Part shown: positions 1-8,000 of the stretch, piece by piece | How positions within the stretch are numbered: position 1 is the stretch's first letter | Layout of the letters: every line of letters starts with the position of its first letter | Assembly (NCBI GenBank): GCA_947166305.1 | Contig: CAMVDV010000009.1 | Span: forward strand, 11,619 to 75,618 | Origin: an uncultured Prevotellaceae bacterium | GTDB taxonomy: Bacteria > Bacteroidota > Bacteroidia > Bacteroidales > Bacteroidaceae | DNA: 64,000 nt | Reading direction: 5' to 3' | Program-made: the position numbers and the translations under genes | The notes under the pieces: model-generated | The model's input: only the letters and a program-made list of their open reading frames with translations | Databases searched by the model: none | What the model was told of the DNA's origin: nothing

Positions 1-76
1 AACGTGCCGAGGTTGCTGTTCTCGTGGTCGAGCACGGCGATGGCGTCGTAGGCAACGTAGGTTTTGTGCGTATTCA
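1..76 (-). CDS. 5' end of an unidentified CDS that runs out of the window (MNTHKTYVAYDAIAVLDHENSNLGT...)
   Basis: ATG (plus-strand cat 74-76) lies 36 nt downstream of a minus-strand -7 box. The frame is open to the window edge. It is too short to assign a family. Confidence 0.35.
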
Positions 77-111
77 TGGGGATTTTTAGCGAATTTATGT
101 TCCTTTGCTTG

Positions 112-119
112 CAAAGTTA
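112..119 (-). promoter_or_regulatory. Bacteroidota-type -7 box (TAACTTTG on minus strand)
   Basis: Plus strand reads caaagtta, matching the TAnnTTTG consensus, upstream of the CDS starting at 76. Confidence 0.45.
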
Positions 120-193
120 CGAAATATTTTTGGATTAGAGATGAGGGATTGGGGATTATTTTGTAATTTTGTACGTCAAACATAATATAATAA

Positions 194-221
194 TGTGTAT
201 GGATGCGCCGTGGCGTATCCG
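194..221. repeat. REP-like GC hairpin, degenerate copy (tgtgtatGGATGCGCCgtGGCGTATCCg)
   Basis: Same TGTAGGGAYGCGCCGTGGCGCGTCC motif as at 1245, 15763, 48493 and 52320. Confidence 0.6.
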
Positions 222-249
222 ATGAGATGTCCGCTTAAATGAAAAGAAT

Positions 250-1167
250 ATGATAAACCGCAGAACATTCCTTCGTGGCAGTCTGGCCGGAGCAGCCTTG
301 CTTGCCGCACCTTCCGCCCTTTCGGCCCGGGCCGAAACAAAGGCCGATGATGCCGACGACCGTAAGAACTCTACCGTCAAGCCGCAGGCCAAGGGCGACA
401 ACGGGGTGGGGGAGACGTTCCACCTCGGCATGGCTGGCTACACTTTCGTCAAGTTCGACATCGACCGCACCCTTGCCTTCATGAAGAAGATTGATGTCCA
501 CTATCTTTGCATCAAGGACTTCCACCTGCCGCTCAGTGCCGATGAGAGTCAGATAGCAAGCTTCAAGGCAAAACTTGCAGCCCACGACGTCGTGGGATAT
601 GCAGTCGGTCCCATCTATATGAAGGACGCGGCGGCCGTCGATGAGGCCTTTGCCTACGCCCAGCGTGTAGGAGTCAACCTCATTGTGGGCGTGCCTGGCG
701 TCTGGGGCGACAAGGCTCCGCGCATGGACGTGCTGGAGAGAGTGGAGCAAAAGGTCAGGGAGACCGACATACGCTACGCCATTCATCTGCACGGCCCCGA
801 CATGACGCTCTATCCCGACGCTACGTCCATCTGGAACGACATCAAGGATCGCGACCCTCGCCTCGGCATTTGCCTCGACATCGGCCATAACCTTCGCTAT
901 GGAGCCGACTCGATACGCGACCTGAAGCGCTACGCCAAGCGGGTCTTCGACATTCACCTCAAGGACGTCACCGCTGCCACGAAGGCCGGACACGCCGTGG
1001 AATTGGGCCGAGGCATCATCGACTTCCACCGCTTCGTCAAGATGCTTCGCAAGGTAGGCTACAGCGGTTCGGTCAGCCTGGAGTACGAGAAGGACATGAC
1101 CGACCCGTTCCTCGGCATCGCAGAGAGCGTCGGTTACTTCAAAGCCGTCATGGACGAAAAAGGTTAG
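250..1167 (+). CDS. Tat-signal sugar phosphate isomerase/epimerase (xylose-isomerase-like TIM barrel) family protein
   Basis: N-terminus MINRRTFLRGSLAGAALLAAPSALSARA has a twin-arginine motif. The body looks like AP_endonuc_2/xylose isomerase-like (HLHGPD, CLDIGH, SLEYE). Confidence 0.8.
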   Translation: MINRRTFLRGSLAGAALLAAPSALSARAETKADDADDRKNSTVKPQAKGDNGVGETFHLGMAGYTFVKFDIDRTLAFMKKIDVHYLCIKDFHLPLSADESQIASFKAKLAAHDVVGYAVGPIYMKDAAAVDEAFAYAQRVGVNLIVGVPGVWGDKAPRMDVLERVEQKVRETDIRYAIHLHGPDMTLYPDATSIWNDIKDRDPRLGICLDIGHNLRYGADSIRDLKRYAKRVFDIHLKDVTAATKAGHAVELGRGIIDFHRFVKMLRKVGYSGSVSLEYEKDMTDPFLGIAESVGYFKAVMDEKG

Positions 1168-1203
1168 AAAGTTGAAAAGTTGAAAAGTTAAAAGGTTGAA
1201 AAT
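1158..1203. repeat. Simple 8-9-nt tract (GTTGAAAAG type) overlapping the stop codon of the upstream gene
   Basis: Reads aaaggttagaaagttgaaaagttgaaaagttaaaaggttgaaaatg. Confidence 0.9.
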
Positions 1204-1244
1204 GAGTTCTCCGACTTCCCTTTCAGGGGGAAGAACAGGAGAAA

Positions 1245-1273
1245 TGTAGGGACGCTCCGTGGCGCGTCCGCCC
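1245..1273. repeat. REP-like GC hairpin
   Basis: Reads tgtagGGACGCTCCgtGGCGCGTCCgccc, with flank gcccaatcat shared with the 48493 copy. Confidence 0.8.
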
Positions 1274-1315
1274 AATCATGCGGGGGAAAAACTGAAAGAG
1301 GAAAAGCATGAACCC

Positions 1316-1403
1316 GAAAACCCTGCAGGATTATCGTGAAAACCCTGCAGGATTATTGCCATAACCCCACGGGATTATCGTGATAACCCTGTGGGATTAT
1401 AAC
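1316..1403. repeat. Tandem array, 4 x 22 bp (AACCCTGCAGGATTATCGTGAN)
   Basis: Four contiguous 22-bp units, each with a CCTGCAGG-like palindrome; 88 bp in total. Confidence 0.9.
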
Positions 1404-1450
1404 TTTTCAACCTTTTAACTTTTTAATTTTTTAACTTTTAACTTTTAACG
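1403..1450. repeat. Simple 8-nt tract (CTTTTAAC type), inverted relative to 1158-1203
   Basis: Reads cttttcaaccttttaactttttaattttttaacttttaacttttaacg. Confidence 0.9.
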
Positions 1451-1476
1451 CTCCTACAGGGTTTCTTTAATATCCC

Positions 1477-1564
1477 ATCAGCAAGCGTTCCTAAACGCAG
1501 CAGCAAACGTTCCTAAATGCAGCAGCAAGCGTTCCCAAACGCAGCAGCAAGCGTTTCATAACCC
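1477..1564. repeat. Tandem array, 4 x 22 bp (AGCAGCAAGCGTTCCTAAACGC)
   Basis: Four contiguous 22-bp units; 88 bp in total. Confidence 0.9.
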
Positions 1565-1593
1565 GGCAGCCTGCCCCTACTTTCCCGCGCTAT

Positions 1594-1628
1594 AACAAAG
1601 GAGAGAGCCCTCCGAAAGGACTCTCTCC
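1594..1628 (-). terminator. Intrinsic terminator after tRNA-Thr
   Basis: Minus strand reads GGAGAGAG-tcctttcggaggg-CTCTCTCC followed by TTTGTT. Confidence 0.6.
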
Positions 1629-1643
1629 AAATGCTCCCACCTG

Positions 1644-1716
<73 letters not shown>

Positions 1717-1727
1717 GTTTGCGGTTG

Positions 1728-1735
1728 CAAAGATA
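1728..1735 (-). promoter_or_regulatory. -7 box (TATCTTTG on minus strand) for tRNA-Thr
   Basis: Plus strand reads caaagata, 12 nt upstream of the tRNA 5' end. Confidence 0.55.
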
Positions 1736-1740
1736 CAACA

Positions 1741-1773
1741 AAAAGTGAAAAGTGAAAAGTGAAAAGAGAAAAA
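1741..1773. repeat. Simple tract (GTGAAAAG)n
   Basis: Reads aaaagtgaaaagtgaaaagtgaaaagagaaaaa. Confidence 0.9.
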
Positions 1774-1819
1774 TTATTGGCTCGGCAGTGTTTTTTTTGG
1801 ATTTTAACGCAAAAATGCG

Positions 1820-1827
1820 TACTTTTG
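1820..1827 (+). promoter_or_regulatory. -7 box TACTTTTG for mltG
   Basis: Matches TAnnTTTG, 26 nt upstream of the ATG at 1853. Confidence 0.55.
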
Positions 1828-1852
1828 CATACCGAAACAAACACTATCTACA

Positions 1853-2857
1853 ATGAATAGGAAGATTCTATGGCTTTTTGGAGCACTCGGTCTCGTGGCG
1901 GCAGGCGGCGCATTCCTCGTCTTCCTGCTGCTGGCGACTGAGGCTCCGGCAGGCGACGGCGAGCGTGGGCGGCTGATATATGTCGACCGCGACGACACGG
2001 CCGACAGCGTCAGAACGAAAAGCGGACTGGGCTGGAGATGGAACATATATAATAAGGTAGCAGACTATCAAGTGCGTACGGGACGCTATCGTGTCGCCCC
2101 CGGCACGAAATGCCTCAGCCTTTACCGACAACTGGCCCGAGGTATGCAGGAACCGATACAGCTCGTGGTGCCGACATCGCGAACGGTGGACAGGCTCGCA
2201 GCCGTGCTTTCGCAAAGCCTCATGGTGGACTCTGCCGAGATAGCCTCCGCGCTGACCGACAGCACCTACTGCGCCCATCGCGGCTACACAACGGCGAGCA
2301 TCCCGGCACTGTTCATCCCTAACACCTACGAGGTCTATTGGGACACGTCGGTGGACCAGTTCGTGGAGCGCATGGAGCGCGAGAACCTGCGCTTCTGGAC
2401 TGCCGAGCGGAAGCAGAAAGCCTTGGCCGTCGGGCTGACACACGAGGAGGTGGCAACCCTGGCAAGCATCGTGGACGAGGAGACCGCCAACGATGCGGAG
2501 AAACCCCTGATAGCCGGACTCTACATCAACCGCCTCCGTCGGGGAATGCCCTTGCAGGCTGACCCCACCGTGAAGTTTGCCGTGGGCGACTTCTCCCTGC
2601 GTCGCATCCTCAGCAAGCACTTGCGCATGGAAAGCCCCTACAACACCTATCTCCACCAGGGACTGCCGCCAGGACCCATCCGCATTGCAAGCATCGCAGG
2701 ACTCGAGGCCGTGCTGAACTGCGCAGAGCACAACTATCTGTATATGTGTGCCAAGGAAGACTTCTCGGGCACGCACAACTTCGCAGCAACGCTGCAGGAG
2801 CACTACAAGAACGCCCGCCGCTACGTCAAGGCACTCAACGAGCGTGGCATAAGATAA
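1853..2857 (+). CDS. mltG: Endolytic murein transglycosylase MltG (YceG-like)
   Basis: N-terminal TM helix followed by a YceG-like body (SPYNTYLHQGLPPGPIRIASIAGLEAVLN, HNFAATLQEH). Confidence 0.9.
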   Translation: MNRKILWLFGALGLVAAGGAFLVFLLLATEAPAGDGERGRLIYVDRDDTADSVRTKSGLGWRWNIYNKVADYQVRTGRYRVAPGTKCLSLYRQLARGMQEPIQLVVPTSRTVDRLAAVLSQSLMVDSAEIASALTDSTYCAHRGYTTASIPALFIPNTYEVYWDTSVDQFVERMERENLRFWTAERKQKALAVGLTHEEVATLASIVDEETANDAEKPLIAGLYINRLRRGMPLQADPTVKFAVGDFSLRRILSKHLRMESPYNTYLHQGLPPGPIRIASIAGLEAVLNCAEHNYLYMCAKEDFSGTHNFAATLQEHYKNARRYVKALNERGIR

Positions 2858-2858
2858 C

Positions 2859-2976
2859 GACCCCCCATCCCCCTTTAGGGGGAGGAAGGACCCTCTCTAA
2901 CTCCCCCCTTAAAGGGAGAGGACTCTGCGGCGGGAACTCCCCCTAAAAGGGGGGCGGGGGTCTGTAGTCGGGGGTC
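2859..2976. repeat. GC-rich multi-hairpin element, intergenic copy (about 1.3 units)
   Basis: Bounded by GACCCC...GGGGTC. Inner hairpins are CCCCCTTTAGGGGG, CTCCCCCCTTAAAGGGAGAG and CTCCCCCTAAAAGGGGGG. Confidence 0.9.
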
Positions 2977-3010
2977 TTTTATTAAAAATATAATACCTAA
3001 AAAAAACAAC

Positions 3011-4642
3011 ATGAGATTAAAGGCGACGGCCATCGTGCTGGCTTTCCTGACGACAGCAGGAGCATCAGCAGACATTGACAAAGCATTAGAAACCTTCGAC
3101 GAGCAGCCCGATGTGGCCACAGCCACTGGCTTCTTCGACGAACTCCTGAAGGAAGAATTCATCGACGAACAAGTTCGTTTCCCCATAGGCACACCCCCCG
3201 ACTCGCTGCAGCAGCAAGTGTGGTACTGGGCAGCCGAATGGTTCTACGACAAACAGCAGTATGAGAAGGCCGAAGCCTACGCCCTGAAAGCCCTGCCGAA
3301 GTACCATCCGTCCAATCCCGAGAAGGCCGACTGCCTCAACACCCTTGGCTGCATCTACGTCCGCCTCAGCGATTTCAAGCAGGCGGCAAGCTATGCCAGG
3401 CAAAGCGTGGAGATAGAAATGCAAGGAGGCAACCACGACCGCATATCCTCGAGCCTCAACACCCTGGCCGGCATTTACATGGCAGGATATCAGGCTAAAG
3501 AGGCAGAAGACATCATCCTCCAAGCCCTCGCACATGCAGAGCAAGCCGACAATCCGGGCCGTAAGGCTATCATCCTGGGCATGGCCTCAGAGATTTATCA
3601 CACGCTGGGTAACGACGAGAAGGCACTCTCCTACGCTGAGCAGGCCATCGAGCTGGAGAAACAACTGAACCGCCCCCAAAAGCTCCTGATACGCCTTTCG
3701 CAGAAAGGGTCGGCACTGCTCGGCCTTCATCGCTACGAGGAGGCAGAAGCCATCTACCGCCAGATAGCTCCACAGCTCAAGCAGATGGGCGACTATCATT
3801 CCTACGCTATCGCCCTCAACCACCTCGGCATGTCCCTTCTCTGCCAAGAACGGCAGCAGCAGGCCATACCTTATTACAGGGAAGCCGCCGACCTCTTCTC
3901 GCGCATGGGCGACCTCTACAACGAAATCCATTCGCACCGAGGACTCTACGAAAGCTACTGGGAACTGAATCCCGACTCGGCGAAGATAGAACTCGACCGC
4001 TTCGACTTGCTCAAGGACTCCCTCTACACGCACTCCACCGCCGAGGCTCTGTCGCGCTACAACGCCGAATTTAGCAACGACGTGTTGCAGCAGGAGAACA
4101 AGGAAGTGAGGCAAGCGCATCGCCGCACCATCATCCTCGGCACAGTCCTCTTGCTGCTGATAGCAGTCGGTGCGTGGCTTGCCATTCTCTACAGCCGTCG
4201 TCGCTGGCAGAGGCAGATGCAGGAACTGATAAAGGAAGTGGAAAAGACCCTCTCTAACTCTTCCTTAAAGAGAGAGGACTCAGCGAAGGAACTCCCCCTA
4301 AAGGGGGTCGGGGGGTCTGAAGAGTCTTTCCTCATGCGCGTCATCGAAGCCGTCAACGAAGCGATGCCTCAGGGCAACTTCGGCGTAGAGCAGATTGCTG
4401 CCGAGCTTGGCATGAGCGTGCAGACATTCCGTCGCCGTCTCTTTGACGCCGCAGGCGAGTCCCCGAAGTCCTTCATCCAAGCCATTCAGATGGAGCGAGC
4501 CGTAAAACTCCTTTCCGAAAAGCCCGACCTTTCCATCTCGCAGGTGGCAAATCTCTGCGGTTTCGACGAGGCAAGTTCCTTCGGACACACCTTCCGACGC
4601 ATCTACGGCTGTTCGCCTTCCGAATACAAAAAAACGCGATGA
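3011..4642 (+). CDS. Membrane-anchored TPR-repeat sensor with C-terminal AraC-type HTH
   Basis: Signal-like N-terminus, TPR-like repeats, TM helix TIILGTVLLLLIAVGAWLAILY, then an AraC HTH (SVQTFRRRLF..., ISQVANLCGFDEASSFGHTFRRIYGCSPSEY). Confidence 0.85.
   Translation: MRLKATAIVLAFLTTAGASADIDKALETFDEQPDVATATGFFDELLKEEFIDEQVRFPIGTPPDSLQQQVWYWAAEWFYDKQQYEKAEAYALKALPKYHPSNPEKADCLNTLGCIYVRLSDFKQAASYARQSVEIEMQGGNHDRISSSLNTLAGIYMAGYQAKEAEDIILQALAHAEQADNPGRKAIILGMASEIYHTLGNDEKALSYAEQAIELEKQLNRPQKLLIRLSQKGSALLGLHRYEEAEAIYRQIAPQLKQMGDYHSYAIALNHLGMSLLCQERQQQAIPYYREAADLFSRMGDLYNEIHSHRGLYESYWELNPDSAKIELDRFDLLKDSLYTHSTAEALSRYNAEFSNDVLQQENKEVRQAHRRTIILGTVLLLLIAVGAWLAILYSRRRWQRQMQELIKEVEKTLSNSSLKREDSAKELPLKGVGGSEESFLMRVIEAVNEAMPQGNFGVEQIAAELGMSVQTFRRRLFDAAGESPKSFIQAIQMERAVKLLSEKPDLSISQVANLCGFDEASSFGHTFRRIYGCSPSEYKKTR
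4246..4317. repeat. Multi-hairpin element copy inside the TPR/AraC CDS (72 bp, in frame)
   Basis: Reads gaccctctctaactcttccttaaagagagaggactcagcgaaggaactccccctaaagggggtcggggggtc and encodes TLSNSSLKREDSAKELPLKGVGGS. Confidence 0.85.
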
Positions 4643-4745
4643 AATGGGCAGAAAAGTGAATCTTCGGGTTCACTTTTCTGCATTTTGGAAGAAAATAACA
4701 AGTATTTTGGAAGATTTTATCAACTGACCCTTGGCAAAAAATTCG

Positions 4746-4753
4746 TAATTTTG
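4746..4753 (+). promoter_or_regulatory. -7 box TAATTTTG upstream of the sORF and giant gene
   Basis: Matches TAnnTTTG, 51 nt upstream of the ATG at 4804. No such box lies directly upstream of 5039. Confidence 0.45.
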
Positions 4754-4803
4754 CAACAGGAATCTATAATTTTCTTCATTTCTGCATTACTCATTTTTCT
4801 GTC

Positions 4804-4977
4804 ATGGCACTCTCAGAAAAACAACGAGCCGCTCACCAGCTCGCATCAGACTACCTCAGCTTCCTCGCTCAGCAGGAGGCTGTGGTGGACAGACTTTTCT
4901 GTCGCAAGTGGAAGGAAATAGAGCCTCAGATAGAACAACTCATCGAACGGAAGATCAAGGAATACCTCGCCTCGTAG
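4804..4977 (+). CDS. Candidate small protein, 57 aa (MALSEKQRAAHQLASDYLSFLAQQEAVVDRLFCRKWKEIEPQIEQLIERKIKEYLAS)
   Basis: The ORF is below the 60-aa track cutoff and was found by reading the sequence. GC and GC3 rise sharply at the ATG compared with the AT-rich flank. It looks helical and ends 62 nt before the giant gene. Confidence 0.45.
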   Translation: MALSEKQRAAHQLASDYLSFLAQQEAVVDRLFCRKWKEIEPQIEQLIERKIKEYLAS

Positions 4978-5038
4978 CGAAGCATCCTTGCCTATACATT
5001 ATTAATATATATATAATAAACAATAAAACTACACCACT

Positions 5039-8000
5039 ATGAAGACAAACCTAACATTTGCGAGAATCACAATGGCCCTGGCCATTGCATTGTTCCCGTT
5101 CTTGAAGGCCAATGCCTGGGATTGGGAGTGGACCGACACGTGGGGCGAAGCCGTTGCCTGGTGCGAAGAATGCGGAAACGAGTACATTATCTACGCCGAC
5201 AACTCTGCCGAGGCCGAGTCCGCTGCCGAAGACCTCTTCTGCAGCGACTGCGGCTGCTGCTCGGAAGATGTCAACATGGACTGCTATCGCGAGCACCATT
5301 GCCAGTTCTGCGATGGATGCATCGACAATGGAGAGTACCACGTAGGCATCTACAATCTGTTTGACGAGTACATACACTACGATTGTGCCATCGAACTCAT
5401 CGAATCCGGCGACGTCGATGCCTGCAGCTATTGCCACGAACTCTTCGGCGAAGGCGCCGTAGAGTGTGACTGCGGTGTGGGCGACAAGCACTGTACGGAC
5501 TGCTCCGAATCGAAGTGCGAGAAGTGCGGCAAGTGCTTGCTCATAGCCGGTGACGAGACCGATGCCGCATCGGGCGACGCCTGCATCGACCATGGCATTT
5601 GTGGCGAGTGCATGCCCGATGCCTCTGCCGATGACCAGACGCACTGTCGTATATGCTTCAACTGCGACGAGGACATCTGCGATGAGTGCGGCATGTGCGA
5701 GAGCTGTGCCGTATACGAGGAGCACTGCCCCGAATGCGGCTACTGCTTTGGCGACGAGGTGCAATGGTGCGCCGACGATGGGGAGCACTGCGTCAACTGT
5801 TGTAAAGACAACGGATGGTTATGCCCGGCTTGCGAAAGATGCGTGGACGGCGCAGGCATCTACATTTGCGACGACTGCGGCATGTGCGAAGAGTGCTGCC
5901 TGAGCGAGTCTGAGGGAGAAGGCTGCATACATGGCATTTGCACCGCCTCCTCAGAGTTCTACGACCACCTCTGCCCCGAGTGCGGCGAGTGTCCTCAGGA
6001 CGAGGAATGCGACTACTGCGGTCTCTGCATCAACTGTCAGACTGGCTATCACTGCGAGCACGAGCTCTGTCCAGACGGCTCTGAATGGGACGACCACGTC
6101 TGCCCCGACTGCGGTGAGTGCTTCGACGACGGCGAACTATGCGAGTTCTGCGGCCTCTGCGAAAACTGCCGCGAGCACTGCGAGCACGACTTCTGTCCTG
6201 AGAACGACGATGACAGCGACCACTTCATCTGCAACCAGTGCGGCGACTGCTTCGAGGCCATAGATCGTTGCGACGAGTGTGAGCTCTGTCTCGTCTGCTG
6301 TGACGACAACACTCAGTCCATGGGCTGCGACCACGGCTTCTGCGTCGTGAGCGACGACTTCGAAGAGCATTGGTGCTATGAGGACGATCAGTGCCTTGAA
6401 CTCTGCGAGCACGATCCGGAATGCACCCATTCGAATGTCACCTTGGACTACGCCATCAACGGCAATGCCCACTGGCGTGTCTGCGAAGACTGCGGACTCA
6501 CCGTCGACAAGGCACAGCACACAGGCGGCGAGCCTGTCACGTTGACGTCACCCAACGCTGCCACGCACACCAATGGCACAGCTCAGGTGAACTGCATCGT
6601 CTGCAACTACAAGATGGGCATCGTCCCCATCCCCTACGTTGAAGCACCCGCCGACGGCAGTCCGTACATTATTATACAGCCTACCGACTACACAGGCAAG
6701 ACCAACACCGCAGCATGGAAGGAGGAAGAAGATGACCGCTACGCCACCTTCAAGGTGAAGGCAGGCGGCGAAGGACTCTCCTATCAGTGGTATTGTCGCT
6801 ACGGCACCGGCAGCGGCACTAAACTCAGCGACGACAGCTACACACTAGGCACGCAGACGCCGACGCTCAAGACGCTGGTTTATGGCGAAGACTGCGAAAG
6901 GCAGAACCGCAACATCTATTGTATAGTAAGCAACAGCAAGGGCAGCGTCACCTCCGACGCCGCCTACTTCAAGGCAGAACATGTCTTCGGGCGCTACACC
7001 AAGAAGGACAATGAAACGCACGAGAACCACTGCTTCGGCGAAGGATGCAGCGTCGTGAAAGCCACCTCCAAGCACCGCTTCACGGAGTGGACGCTTGTAC
7101 GTCCTGCCACATCCTCCGAGACAGGATTGCGCGAGCAGCAGTGCATGGACTGCGCTTACAAGAAGAGCGAGAGCATCCCGATGGTTGAGCCCGACCACGT
7201 CCACAGCTACGACATAGCGAAGTACAATATGTCGCAGCACTGGTTCGTCTGCGCCTGCGGCATTGCCGGCCCCGATGCTGCCGTCGACCATGTATTCGAT
7301 GAGAGCGAGGTGGTTACCCCGGCAACCGAGACAAAGAGGGGCGAGAACAGGATTATCTGCAGCGCCTGCGGCTTCTTCAAGACAGAGAAGACCGACAAGC
7401 TGCCGCACGTACATGACTGGTACACGTTCGGAGAAATAAGTATTGTCTTGCCAAACGGTCATTCGGGTCCCGACCCGAAGAAGGGCAGCTACGGACCGAA
7501 CTCGCACACCATCAAGTGCAAGGGCTGCAATGAGAAGAAGACCGACCGACACGTTTGGGGTATGTTTGAATGCATGAGGGATGCCAAGGTTCAAGGCAAC
7601 GACACCATCGCCGGAAGGATTGTGCGCTACTGTGATATATGTTCCTACAAGGAAGAAAAGTTCTATCCCCTTGGCTCATGGCCCATCATGATTGCAGGCG
7701 GCACAGCTTACAAGGGACTCACTAACAGAGCTGGTCAGGTGATAAAATGGATTCCTGCCGCTTATGCCAAGAAGGGCGACAAGATAGAAGTTGCTTACGA
7801 TGCGCTTGCTGCCAGGTCGCTCGGGGACAATCAGCCTCAGAAGTTCGTAGAGTGGGTGGACGGCGCAAGCTGGATCGGCGAGACGAACATTCCTTGGGAC
7901 AATGGTCGGAGTAGCATCGACCTGCCTCGCCTTACCTTCCGCCTGAGCCGTACTACTCGCCGATATGGCTTCACGATGCCCGACGGCCCGGCCACCATCT

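Noticed and set aside
156-1275. Minus-strand ORFs of 91 aa and 346 aa (MGGRATERPYI...) overlapping the isomerase-like gene.
   Set aside because: They are antisense shadow ORFs caused by strong GC3 bias. Their N-termini are translations of the REP hairpin and simple tracts. The plus-strand ORF has a Tat signal and recognisable family motifs.
1316-1564. The 22-bp tandem arrays here, and those at 9727, 15068, 24841, 33251, 38148, 43794, 50806 and 57081, considered as CRISPR arrays.
   Set aside because: The units are contiguous with no unique spacers. The period of 22 bp is too short, copy number is only 3-6, and no cas genes or leader-like sequences are in the window.
4685-4921. The 78-aa ORF (MEENNKYFGRFYQ...) between the AraC-like gene and the giant gene.
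   Set aside because: It starts in AT-rich promoter-like DNA and spans the -7 box. Its codon character is poor. The overlapping 57-codon frame (4804-4977) fits the local compositional switch better.
5162-6424. The Cys-dense region considered as a ferredoxin-like 4Fe-4S polyprotein or a RiPP/lanthipeptide precursor.
   Set aside because: The Cys spacing is CxxCxxCxxC/CPxCGxC rather than CxxCxxCxxxCP. The protein has a signal peptide and is far too large for a RiPP precursor. No maturase, radical-SAM or transporter genes are adjacent.
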